Of a DNA stretch of 64,000 nucleotides, positions 12,500 to 24,105 are shown piece by piece. Under the pieces are notes generated by a model. That model worked only from the letters and a program-made list of their open reading frames with translations. It ran no database searches and was not told the origin of the DNA. The position numbers and the translations under genes were made by a program. The DNA comes from Octopus bimaculoides (taxonomy: Eukaryota), in the NCBI RefSeq assembly GCF_001194135.2, contig NC_068991.1:50608909-50672908 (forward strand), read 5' to 3'. Every line of letters begins with the position of its first letter. Positions within the stretch are counted from its first letter, which is position 1.

Positions 12500-12750
12500 C
12501 TTGTTTCATATTTATATGCTTAACTTTTCCTTCACCCCTTCCCCTTCCGGTCCTTCCACAATGTAACCTCGTGGACATCGGTGGCGATTTTTTCTTCCTC
12601 CGTTTTCCCCTTCTTTGGACTTTCCTTGTTTCCGACGAAGAGCTCCACTCGAAACGTCATATTCTCTCTCTTTCCTTTCCCGAGCGTCTAGTAACACAAT
12701 CTGTATCACGTCCTCACATTGTTGTTTTTTTGTCTTTTTCCTTTTTTGAA
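12500..12750 (+). mobile_element. Penelope-like retroelement terminal remnant with degenerate hammerhead core
   Basis: CCGACGA-A-GAG CTCCA CTC-GAAACGTC at 12632-12658 within a pyrimidine-rich segment resembling PLE termini. Confidence 0.45.
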
Positions 12751-12803
12751 CTTATATATATACATATATATATATCAACAGCAGTTTGCAATGTTTCACC
12801 AAA

Positions 12804-13101
12804 AAGGAGAATTATAAATGTCACTAAATGTGACTGGGGTGTTAGGAAATACCTACATTGCTAAAAATAAGAGCTAAACCGCTCTAATGCTGTAGTTAAC
12901 GCACATGAATGAAAACATATACACTAACAGGGAGCATAATCTTCCGAAAAGTGCCGATCGAGAACGATTATGGTTCCTGTTAGTGTGTGTTTTTATTCAT
13001 GTGAGTTAACTACAGCATTAGAGCGGTTTAGCTCTTATTTCTAGCAATGTAAGTGTTTACTAACATCCTAGTCCCATTTAGTGACATTTATAATTCTCCT
13101 T
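12804..13101. repeat. Fold-back inverted repeat (~138-bp arms, 24-nt loop), probable MITE
   Basis: 12804-12941 is the reverse complement of 12966-13101 with few mismatches. Confidence 0.88.
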
Positions 13102-13107
13102 GTGTGT

Positions 13108-13139
<32 letters not shown>

Positions 13140-13289
13140 AACAGAACTGTTTAGCACATTAATTTGATTGTAATATTAGACGTCTTGTCAATTTGACTGT
13201 TTTAACATTAAATACTGGAAAATTGGCTCACCTGAGTCTTTCTTAGCATTAAGTCACATGACCCTCTTGTTGGCCAAATTAGTTGCGGG

Positions 13290-15235
13290 CAGTGGTGGGC
13301 ACAGCTAAGCAAAAAGTTAGCTTCGCTAACTGCTAATCCTCTAACTAAAAAAGTTGGCTTCGCAAACGCTAAACCGCTAAACAAGTAAAAAAAAATTAGC
13401 AGACGCTAACGCTGATAACTGCTAACTTTTATTATATGAATTTAGTTTCGGTTTGGTGTTTCTTGCTCTAAAATCCCTAAAAACAGACCTAGAGAGCTGA
13501 AATTTTCATGTTGTAGCTTAGACATAGAGCTTTCTAAAAAGGTATAGCATACCAAGATCTGATGATGAGCAAAGTGAACGCAAATAATTAAATGAACAAA
13601 TGAAATTACACATCAGTCAACATACACTTTATTTTCAGATAACATACACTTTATTTACTGTGCAAAAAGTATTAAACGAATCAAAATGGTGTAGTATAGC
13701 ATAGGTATCATTTCAAGATCAGATGATTATCTGGGTGTGCTACGCTGGTTGGGACTTCATCGCCTCGACATGATGCTGGTTGCCCTTCATAAACATCAGC
13801 CTCTCAAAGTTACCATCTGACAGAGTGGCTCTCTTGCTCCTCAGAATATCTTTGCCTATAGAGAATAGACGCTGAATTGCTGCACTGGATGGGATCGACA
13901 TGGTGAACAGGTCAATCAAGACCTGCTCGCCCAAAAAGGGAACTTCAATCAGGACCTCCTTCGAGACGGCCTCCAGTTAGGTCTTCACCAAGTTCTGCGC
14001 CTTAGATTTCAGTGACCTGTGACTCCTGCTCTCCCAGAATCGAGTGATGTCGCTGAAGAAATCATCTTTCTTATCGTCATCGTTGGTGGTCCAGCTGCCC
14101 TCCGCATTGATCTCCATTAGGGCTGTCTCTACGACGGTCTCCATGGCGTTCGTTACTCTGCTAACATGGCTGTTATTATATTGCTCCAGTCAGAACAGGC
14201 AAAACTTGGGGTGGAAGGCAGCGATCAGCTGGCACTCCAGGTCTTCTAGGAGGAGCCCAAACCTTTACGTGATGCCTGCCAGTATCGCGTCTACCAGAGG
14301 ACTGCAGTACAGAAGATGTTTGAACTTGGCCTCCTCCAACTTCATGACGGTAGCCGCTACAGTTGGCAGATGGCTCCCGAGATAAACCTGGTCCTCCCAC
14401 TAGATTTTATCCGAGGCCTTGGCAACATTAAACATCAGATGGGCGTACTCCGTCAGGAGCCGACGTCAGAATCAGTGTAAGTCTGCAGTTTCAGATGTGT
14501 CATCATCCTGAGGACAGCTCCCCTATTCTTCTCCAGCAGGTTGTTGAGGAAAACAACAGAGTCATAGGTAGAGTTCCATCTGATACTGTTGAGGACCACC
14601 AGCCTCCTCTTCAACGCGTCCAGAGTGCTGTCTGCCGCCACCGTGCTGTGGCTCTGCAGATTCCACAGCCGCTGTGCCTTCGACATGGCCTTACTGTAGG
14701 CCGACTCGAACGAAGCGCTGTCAAGAGCCTTGTCGGAATCCACACTAGCTACCAAGCTGAAGGTAGGGGCTGCACACTACAAGTGCACTGGCAGGCCGCT
14801 GGACTCGTCAAGGACGGTATCAACAGAGATGTACTCAACTTCGTTCACATCCCCAGCCTCGGGATTCCCGTCCAGGTCCACATCCTCGATGCCCTCCAAG
14901 TCCGGATCGGCAGCAGTCTCAGGAATGTCTGGTAAGAGATCAACTTCTATACATAACTGCATAAATGCCTCAACAAAGTCTTTGCCGTTGTCCGTCGTGG
15001 TCTTGGTCACCTTGTCTTGCAGGTGGAACTTGTAATAGGTGTCCACCATGGCCTGGGCGAGAACATCAAAGCAGTGACGTCCTCTGAGTCGAGAGCAAAC
15101 CAGGACGACGTGTTGTCTCGTGCGGGTCTTGGGATCCAGCCAGTGTGCCGTCATCCCCAGGTAGGATCTGTTGTGGGCCGACCAACAGTCCGCAGTGGTC
15201 GCCACCCAGGGGACATCTTTGAGCATTCTGTAATT
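13290..15235 (-). pseudogene. hAT-Ac (Tol2/Tgf2-like) transposon: right end plus disrupted transposase exon
   Basis: WVATTADCWSAH...TTTDNG...L*CAAP..RWNS...SSAAIQRLFS..KDIL..KRATLSDGNFERL. In-frame stops and frameshifts; catalytic E replaced by Q and CxxH His lost. Terminus CAGTGGTGGGCACA at 13290 with gctaa subterminal repeats. Acceptor ttacag upstream of the exon. Confidence 0.92.
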
Positions 15236-15328
15236 TAAAAATGTTAAATTGTAAAGGGACTTAAGTTGTAAAGTTAAAAACTTAAAATTATATATATATA
15301 TTGTTGTACTTGGGGATGGTCATATTGC

Positions 15329-15382
<54 letters not shown>

Positions 15383-17197
15383 TCTGTGTGAGTTAGAGGT
15401 TGAGAAACCAANNNNNNNNNNNNNNNNNNNNNNNNNNNNNNNNNNNNNNNNNNNNNNNNNNNNNNNNNNNNNNNNNNNNNNNNNNNNNNNNNNNNNNNNN
15501 NNNNNNNNNNNCACAACTACCTAGACCATCTGAAGAAGCCTAGGGGCACATCCATTCTCCAAGCCTTGTCTGTTCATCCCTGCACAACATTGAAGTGATG
15601 GAGATAACCTGGAAGATTTTGTTGCCTCTTGGCAGAAACGGCCGCAAGGAATTAGTACCTGCACACCTATTTATATTTTGGCTCATTTGTTTCTATATAC
15701 TTGTATGTATTCACACCCTTGTCTATGCAGTTACCAGCTTTTTCTACTCGTTAATCTGTATCACTCATACATGTGTGTGTATTCATCCAACATAATTGAA
15801 TAAATAGACATAATTGAATGTTTACCAGTTGATGTCTGTCGATTTTATATCTTCCCCGTTTTCTTACTTGCCGTATATAATTGGATATTCTGAATATTTT
15901 CTTTCCCTTTATAAAAATCATCTGTGAAATCAGTTGGTGGGACAAATGTAAGTACATTCTCTATGCTACAAGATTAAAAAAAAAAGTCTTCAAAATCAAA
16001 AGCGAGCATTGGTAGAGGGACACTAATTTTTAAATATTTAATTTTCAGACATACTTCACCTTAAACTAAGACACTCAGCAGTAAAATAGACTTTGACATA
16101 GTGTGGCATGAAAGGTTCTTGGCTAAATCTTTTTTTTTTTTTTTTTAACTTAGTGTTCAAGGCTAAATACTTGAAATCTCTCATGTCTATCAATGACGAT
16201 CATTCTTTAATTTGATTTTTTTTTAAAATTGAAGTAAACAAGCAAGCTGGATTAGAAATGCCGAGGAAAGCAATGAAAACCTCTTTTTCACGTTGTCAGG
16301 AATCAATAAAAACTGTTCATTTATTGATGAATTCTTCTATTCATAAAAGGTCAAATAGTTCTTTGTTTCGCTTTTGTACGGAGTATAAACAAATAAAAAT
16401 GTCAAACTAATTAAGACTGGTTGGAACACTTTAAAAAATTAGCCATTCGTGTAATGTCCTATTCAATTCTGTTTGGGATGACTAAGATAGAATAACAGAA
16501 ACCTCACAGAACCATTGTCCTTTGACACTTTAATCGGGAGCCTGTATGTGGATGCGCGACCAGCAAGAAATAGCAGCCAACTATCTACACTACCATTTTA
16601 AATATAGTAGGGGCACAATAGATATTCTTGTATCCCCTCCTCTAAAAATGGGAGGTGGGATGGTCCGATCTCCAGTGACATTGATCATAAGCCTACACAA
16701 CTCTAAACATCAAAACCTTATGTCATAATCATAATGAGTTGTTTTGAGTAAGACAGACACTTAATTTATAGGAAGGAAGCTATGGAGAAGTTGTGACAAT
16801 CATAGATTTCAAAGGGTTTTAGCAATGTAAGCGAAGTTAACGGAGAATCGAAACAAAATCAATGTATCGACATAGCAAGATCTTACCGCTTCTTCTACAC
16901 TCCTAGATAGTGAACATTGATTTCATATTTTGGCACAAGGCCAGTAAATTCAGGGAAGGAAGTAAGTCGATTACACCGACCTTAGTGCTCAACTGGTACT
17001 TATTTTATCGACTCTGAAAGGATGAAAAACAAAGGCGATTTCAGTGGAATTTAAACTCAACGGGCAGACGCACGAAATGCCGCTAAGCATTTTGCCCGGC
17101 ATGCTAACGATTCTGCCAGCTCACCATCTTAGATATTAAGTTATTTTACTCCGCAGCAAGTTACGATATTCAATAAACTAACAATGGTCCTCTAGGT

Positions 17198-17426
17198 CAG
17201 CAAATACTTTTTATGGGCAATTTGATTTTATATATGTTTTTTAATCGAAATCCTTTAATTGACAATAAACCTATTTGTTAAATACTGTTAAATAAATAAA
17301 TGTAAAAATATATATTATTTTAAGCAAATATTTATGTGTAAATTTCATAAGCGTTTATAAGGGGGTCCCTAAGGTAAAGCCTGAAATATAAAGGGGTCCG
17401 CAAGTCAAAAAGTTTGAAAACCCTTG
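17198..17426 (-). mobile_element. hAT (Charlie/Buster-type) MITE, one end shortened
   Basis: Highly similar to 36990-37254. 8-bp TSD CTCTAGGT at 17190-17197 and 17427-17434. Confidence 0.85.
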
Positions 17427-19428
17427 CTCTAGGTCACAATGGTAATGTAGTTAAATTTGAAGAGCCATTTTCTTTCCTCTTATCGCACACTTTCTTGTAC
17501 ATGTCTTATTAAAACCATACTCATGGGTTTATGTCGCGTCTCAGTATGATAATTTAAGGAAGGGAACAGAAGGTACACTTTTACATTTTAATGTAGCTTG
17601 AAATAATACATTCATTGTTTCGTTTCCAGCTACAGCTGCAATATTTTAAACTTCTCACCTCTTGTCCTGTATCTTTTCAGGTTCAGTTAAATAAGCATAT
17701 GACCACCTCTCCATCCACATTTTCTTATTAGTCCACTCTTTTAACCAATATTTTTACAGACAAGAAAACTTTTCACAAGGACGAAACAGCAATTATAAAG
17801 ACTAAAAAGATCTTTTATTCTCAAAATGCTTAGATTATGATAAAAAGAAAGCAAATGGGGAACAATAAATTACATAAAAATGCCAATGAGGAACCCGAGA
17901 CAAAATAGAAAAATACCAATAAAGCAGTCGTTGAAAGCACTGTTTCAGTAAAGCAGCTAGAGTAGGAAGGGGCAGCCCGTCTCGGGCGACGCTTTTGTGG
18001 GTGCAGTACTTTGGGACCTGCTGTATAAGCTTGTATTTTTTTTATGGGAGCCCGGATGGGATGAGAAACTCAAAGGCTGTCCAGGGCTCACACTCCCGAA
18101 TTCCGCCACTGACAAGTTTTCATGAAAGATATATCTCTCGTTCATTCCAGTTTACTTTCCCATTGGTCTTTGAATATCATGGAAAGCCAGCATTTTCGTG
18201 ATATAAGTCAACTAGCACAATTGATATTTCAATATCGTGAGCACAACTGAAATATATTAACATTTAAAATTAGGTGAGAAAGCAAAATTTGTCCAGAAAC
18301 TACATGGCAGTGGCGTAGCTAGTGTGCGTGCCGCTCGGTTCAGTCCTTGGGTGTGCCGCTTTTTCAGGCTTACACGGCAGACCCAAAAGTGCCTCCTCTA
18401 TACAAGACAAACCGCCTCCCCTTAGCTACACTATTTCTCCGTCATCTTCATTACATTTACTTTAAACTTCGTTAATGTCAATAAATTGCATGAATATGAG
18501 TTGTATTCTTACAAATTATCGATCATCTTTACACTATCCATGAACAACTATTTGAAATATTTATCGTTTAAAATTGATGTATTTTCGTGCTTTTACCTAA
18601 TTACTTTATTGTGAACAGCAGTTAACGAAAAATTTGGCAAATAATTGTCACAGTATTGAAACTAAAATTTCAGAAATTTGGACAAAGGGAGTGACTATGG
18701 AGACTAAACAATAAATTGTTGTAAATAAGTAATCGTTGATAATTATTAGTGTTTAAGTTAATCGGAACATGTGCGTTCAACATAATTATTAAATTAACTG
18801 GTGCTTGAAGCGTCTGCAGATGAAGCTATGTGATTCAAAACATTATTGCAATTGGGCAACATTGGCAAAGCTCTAATTAGAGCACATTTAGAAATTCAGT
18901 ATGAATAAATAAATACATTAGCGGGAACAGTGGAAATTGTTCAATCTATCAATTTTCTTATTTTGATTATGATGTTTTAAGTGACCGTATGATATGAGGC
19001 GACGAAGAATGGCTCTTGTGTACCACATCATACGGCCCTTACAATAAAGAGATATTGGATAGAATAAATAAATGCCAGATAGAAAAGAGACAACCGCGTA
19101 GAATGATTAAGAGAACATTTTATTGATATAATAACATGTGTGTGTGTGTATGTGTGTGCGTGTACGTGCGTGTGCGTGCGTGTACGTGCGTGCGCGCGTC
19201 ATGTATTCAGAATCATAGACAAGCCGTCAGGAGAACAAAATGTATGCGTGCGTGTAGGCATAGATGTATGCGCGTGTGTTAAGAACATATAAGGATGGCA
19301 ACAAAGAAGGAAACAGTGAAAGCGTCCATGAGACATACGAAGTGAGAAGTTCAGAGACACAAAAAGCATAATACCAATTCGTAGTTAGTCGTACACAATA
19401 GTTAAAATACTGTACCAAGAATTCGCGG

Positions 19429-19644
19429 CTATGATGCTGAGCCGGTTGCAGGTAAATGTCGTACGTGAAGTTGTGGCTGTGATACTGCCGCCTGGATCAC
19501 TTGTACAGGAGTGACTGCAGTTTGTATATTCGTTGTTGATCCGTGGTGAAGTAGTTCACGAACAGTGAACTGTTGGAACCTGGGCGAATTGCTTGCTGAG
19601 CTGTGTACGAAGAGAGATGATGTTGACGACGTTAAGAAGGACAT
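19429..19644 (-). CDS. Candidate 71-aa orphan peptide in an intronless TATA-driven unit
   Basis: ATG at 19644 is the first ATG downstream of the TATA box, in context gccaccatcATG. TATAAAAA at 19829-19822, AATAAA at 19123-19118. No recognisable homology. Confidence 0.4.
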   Translation of the reverse strand: MSFLTSSTSSLFVHSSASNSPRFQQFTVRELLHHGSTTNIQTAVTPVQVIQAAVSQPQLHVRHLPATGSAS

Positions 19645-19821
19645 GATGGTGGCGATGAAGAAGGGGGTTGTCGTAATGCTGTTGGACAAAGTTGGTAAGT
19701 CTCGTCGTAGCTGCTGTGGTAGTGGTGTTGTCTGGCGTTGTCGCTAGAACTGGTTGTGTCTGTGATCAGTGGCTAGACCTTCAAAGGTCTGGAACCAAAG
19801 ACTCCGGAACGAGAAGCTGAG

Positions 19822-19950
19822 TTTTTATAAGAAGCTGTAGGCTACAAACGGGTTAGTAAATAGGCTGTCCCACGTGATCGTATTTAGAACCTCCGACTGG
19901 TCATACGCGGCAAATTGGCGCGACCGAGTATGAAACTAATTGCGCCAATA
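19822..19950 (-). promoter_or_regulatory. Pol II promoter-like cluster: TATA, E-box CACGTG, two CCAAT boxes
   Basis: TATAAAAA 19829-19822, CACGTG 19871-19876, CCAAT at 19914-19918 (minus) and 19945-19949 (plus). Locally CpG-rich. Confidence 0.5.
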
Positions 19951-20309
19951 TCAACTAATCAGAGTACTGTACACAAATGGATCCAAACAGCGGCCAAAAG
20001 CTAGCTGTTCCCTGCTACGTTCGAATGCACGTATATATAATAAATGGGAGAGAAGAATTTCACCGGAGTCTACGCTACAATGTCAAGATTTGTAAATGTT
20101 CGTTACTTTTTTTTTATTTTAGGTAAAATGTTTCTATCAAATCTTCGATACTGTTCTAGTGTTATATTTGTTGAAACTGCAACACTCGAACACATATGGC
20201 AAAGAAGATAATATTCCAGATATTTTGTTTGCAAACTAAACGTATAAAATTATTAAAAAATAAAGCAGTTCTTTCATTCTTTGTAAGAAGTTCCTGTTGT
20301 ATTATTTTC

Positions 20310-20870
20310 GGCCAATGAATTTTGCCACAAGGGCGGCCATTTTGGGGAGGGGATAAGTCGATTACGCCGACCCCAGTGTTTCACTGGTACTTAATTTATC
20401 GACCCCGAAAGAATGAAAGGCAAAGTCGACCTCCGCGGAATTTTAACTCAGAACGTAGCGACGGGCAAAATACCGCTAAGCATTTTGCTCTGCAAGCTCG
20501 CCGCTTTATATGAAACTGTAATAATCTTTTCTATTCTCGGCACAAGGCCCGAAATTTTCGGGGAGGGAGCCAGTCGATTAGATCAACCTCCGTACGCAAC
20601 TGGTACTTAATTCATTGACCCCGAAAGAATAAAAGGCAAAGTCGACCTTGGCGGAATTTGGTCTCAGAACGTAAAGACAGATGAAATACCGCTATGTTTT
20701 CGCCCGGCGTGATAACGTTTCTTATTTCTTTATTACCCACAAGGGGCTAAACATAGAGGGGACAAACAAGGACAGACAAAGTGATTAAGTCGATTACATC
20801 AACCCCAGTGCGTAACTGGTACTTAATTTATCGACCCGAAAGGATGAAAGGCAAAGTCGACCTCGGCGGA
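20310..20870 (-). mobile_element. Tandem cluster of three SINE family A copies
   Basis: Three consecutive aggcaaagtcgacct cores. Confidence 0.85.
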
Positions 20871-21108
20871 AGTGTGATGTAGATCTGTGAACCAAGATGA
20901 AAATGAGAGGAAGCTCTGTGGGGTAGTGACAATTTAAGAATATGCCGAAATCTTGGAGGCTATAGACACACTGAAGATGTGTGGTGATTCTGTGGACAAT
21001 AGATAAACTTAAAGAATGAATCTCTGTGATGGCACTTCAGGTAATCTATTCGTTATAACGGTAGGATAGTTTTGTGGACTATCTGAGACAACTGTGCGGA
21101 CTATATTT

Positions 21109-21228
21109 GGACTGAAACGGTGTGGCAGATCAGTGGACTATAAACGGACTGAAACGGTGTGGCAGATCAGTGGACTATAAACGGACTGAAACGGTGTGGC
21201 AGATCAGTGGACTATAAACGGACTGAAA
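21109..21228. repeat. 37-bp minisatellite, 3 perfect units, inside a degenerate array ~20880-21490
   Basis: GGACTGAAACGGTGTGGCAGATCAGTGGACTATAAAC x3 plus a partial unit. Confidence 0.93.
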
Positions 21229-21548
21229 ATATATGGTAGCTTAATTGAACAAATATAGACTGAAAGTGTAGGGTAGCTGGATGGACGACAGATGAAATGA
21301 CACTGTGAGGTGAATCTGTGGACTATCGGTGAACTGAAACTGTCTGTTAGATTCGTGGACCATAAGTAGATTCAAAACGTATGGAAACTGTGGATGATAA
21401 GTAAAATGAAATCTGCTGTAGCTTCATGGATAAGAGATAGAGTGAAACTGCGAGGTAGCTTTCTGAACTATATATATAGACTGAAGCTATACTGAAACCC
21501 GTTATTGGGGTTGTATCAGTTCTTGGGTGACAAATTAAACCTGTCGAT

Positions 21549-21805
21549 CACTTTTAAAACATTACTTGACCTTTGGCAGCCTTAACAGCCAAAAGTTAAG
21601 TTTTAAGTATTTGGACCAAAACTTCGGTGTGAGAATAACTCATGAATCGTGATTCCTTCTTCCCGTTGGCAGATTAAATTTGTGGACCACCTTTAAAACA
21701 TCACTTGACCTTTGGCTACCTTTAACAGACAAAGGTCAAGTTTTCAGTATTTGGACCAAAACCTTGGTGTAAGAATAATTCATGAATCGTGATTCTTTCT
21801 TCTTG
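21549..21805. repeat. Imperfect tandem dimer of a ~140-bp unit
   Basis: acttgacctttggc...atgaatcgtgatt occurs twice, at ~21549 and ~21690. Confidence 0.85.
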
Positions 21806-22720
21806 TTCTGACATCGATCTCACAGACCCTTAAACAACTCATGGAAGCCGCCTGGCCATTCTCTGACATAAGATAACTTGTGAAACACGTTGTTGACCCG
21901 CATAGAAAAAAAAAACTGATTTTAGCCTATCTTTGTCCATAATCATATTCACAGAAATTTAACTTTTCACTAAGGTCAGTTTTTGTTCTTTATCCAATAC
22001 AGAAAGAATCCAAATATATCAACTTATTATTTTTGTAAGTTTTTTTTTATTTATACTATAAAAGCTGTTAATGGACAGATAATATCTAATCGCTGAAAAA
22101 GAAGCGAGCTATAGCATAACATTTTTAGAAACCATTTATTGATACAAGAGATAATAAAAATAAACTTTCAGAGTAAGATATAGAATTTAGAATGAGATAT
22201 AAAATGGGGAAATGTTAATGCGTTCAGCATTTCATGGGTAAAAATGCAATCATGAATATTTCATTATCTATTTAGTACTCTTACAACTAACCTAATATTA
22301 CCATATTACAGTCGTTGTTTCTTAGTCTGAATGTGGGAAATGGTTCGTCCATCGGCAAGAACATTCCAACAGCAGTAGCAGCAAGCTTTTTCAAACATTT
22401 TCTCGCCGCCAGGAATGTGTGTGTTGCTATATAAATCTACCGTTATGTAAATCACTCATCTTATCACCTCATCTTAGTTTCTCTCCCATTCTCTTCCTGC
22501 AATTTATTCCTGACCTAACCGTGAATTGCGCGCGCACGCCCGCGCACACGTAAATACACATACACATAACCACATATATATTTACATATATATACACGTA
22601 CGCGCACACGCACGCACACACACACGTCTGATAGTAAAATAAAAAGACAACCTTGACCTTCTCTCAGTAAATTCTACAACTGCAGCATATATCTCCCTCG
22701 CCATTTAGGAATACAGCTAT

Positions 22721-23672
22721 TATACGAGGTTGGTGGGTGAAAAGATCACTGGTTGACTATGAAAAAGTGATGCTAGAACTGTGAAATCTTGCTTGCATTA
22801 ATTTCGACTCAGCTTATTAAAAACTGCATTGTTTCTTTCAAAGTAAACTAACATCTGGCTATTCAAGAACTTCAGAAGAAACTAGTAGTGATTTCTCTTG
22901 AAAATCGATAAATCTTGGTTTTGTGGTGTTATCACGTCTTCTGACATGATCAAAAACATACCGGGCTGATCACTTCGCGGGAAAACCTGACATTGTTTCA
23001 TGTAAATCCAGTTGGTTTCTTTGAGGGTTTCCAAGTCAAGATGAGTGTTGGCTTCCTCACTTTGAGCCAGAGACAACCCATATAGTGAAAACACCCTACT
23101 TCGCCTGCTCCTAAGAAGGCCGAAGTTGTTTCATTTACAGGGAAAGTAACATAACAGCCTCAGTATTTTAGGATGCAAAAGATATTATTTATTGACTATC
23201 TTCAAAAGGGCTACACTATCAATGGAGAGTACTATGCCAACTTGCTGAGGGAGTCACGAAAGGCTATCGAGACCAAACGGTCAGGAAAACTAAAGAATGG
23301 GGTCTTTTTCGCAAGAACAATGCTTCGGCAGACAAGTCTTTCATCTCAATGGTTGCTGTACGTGACTGTGACTTTGAAATGGTTGATCACCCTCCCTATT
23401 TTCTTGATATGGTCCCCTCTGACTATCATCTGTTCCCCAACATGAATAAAACACTCGGCTGGGAACCAATATCGCTGTGATCATAACGTCATTTCTGCTG
23501 CTGAGCTGCTGCTGACTTTTTTGACCAACGAGATGAAAGCTTTTCACGAATGGGATTCAAGTACTGCTACACTGATGAAAGAAGTGTGTGGACCATGTTG
23601 TAAAATAAACCTCATTAGGTTACATTCCATGAAAGTATCTTGGTCAGGCTATGAACTTTTTAGGTCTACATA
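22721..23672 (+). mobile_element. Second mariner copy, same family, internally deleted
   Basis: Same TIR and 5' region as 5881. ORF 23173 ILFIDYLQKGYTINGEYYANLL; PSDYHLFPNM motif. Confidence 0.88.
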
Positions 23673-24059
23673 ATATATATATGCGGATACACATACTCGC
23701 AGATAAACAGGCACTTGCATATAAACTCATATGTGTTTGTATTACGTATGTAAATATACATAACAAAGGAAGAAATAGAAAAGGCAACAAAAAGAATGAA
23801 AAACCCCAAACCAGAAAGTTCTGGAATGGTTACCATCAATGGTGTGGTATTAAAAGCAAAAAGATAGCCCGTGGGGAAAACGTTCCACATTAAACGTATT
23901 GAATATAGTATATTAAACGTATTTAATATAGTATGGGAAAACAGTAAAGGCTCCAAAATGACTGGGCCCTTCTGTTGGTAATTCCAATCGATAAACAAAC
24001 AGGGCGACAAAGACCTGAGAATTAGATTGCACTATCTAAAATAAAAGTGATGGGAGAGA

Positions 24060-24105
<46 letters not shown>

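Noticed and set aside
14044-15238. Plus-strand ORFs of 73-146 aa
   Set aside because: Shadow frames of the GC-rich minus-strand hAT transposase.
18059-18091. Possible paired Su(H)/CSL site with a 17-nt spacer
   Set aside because: Both half-sites have two mismatches to the consensus.
21109-21228. 37-bp identical repeats resembling a CRISPR array
   Set aside because: Units are contiguous with no spacers, there are no cas genes, and the context is eukaryotic.
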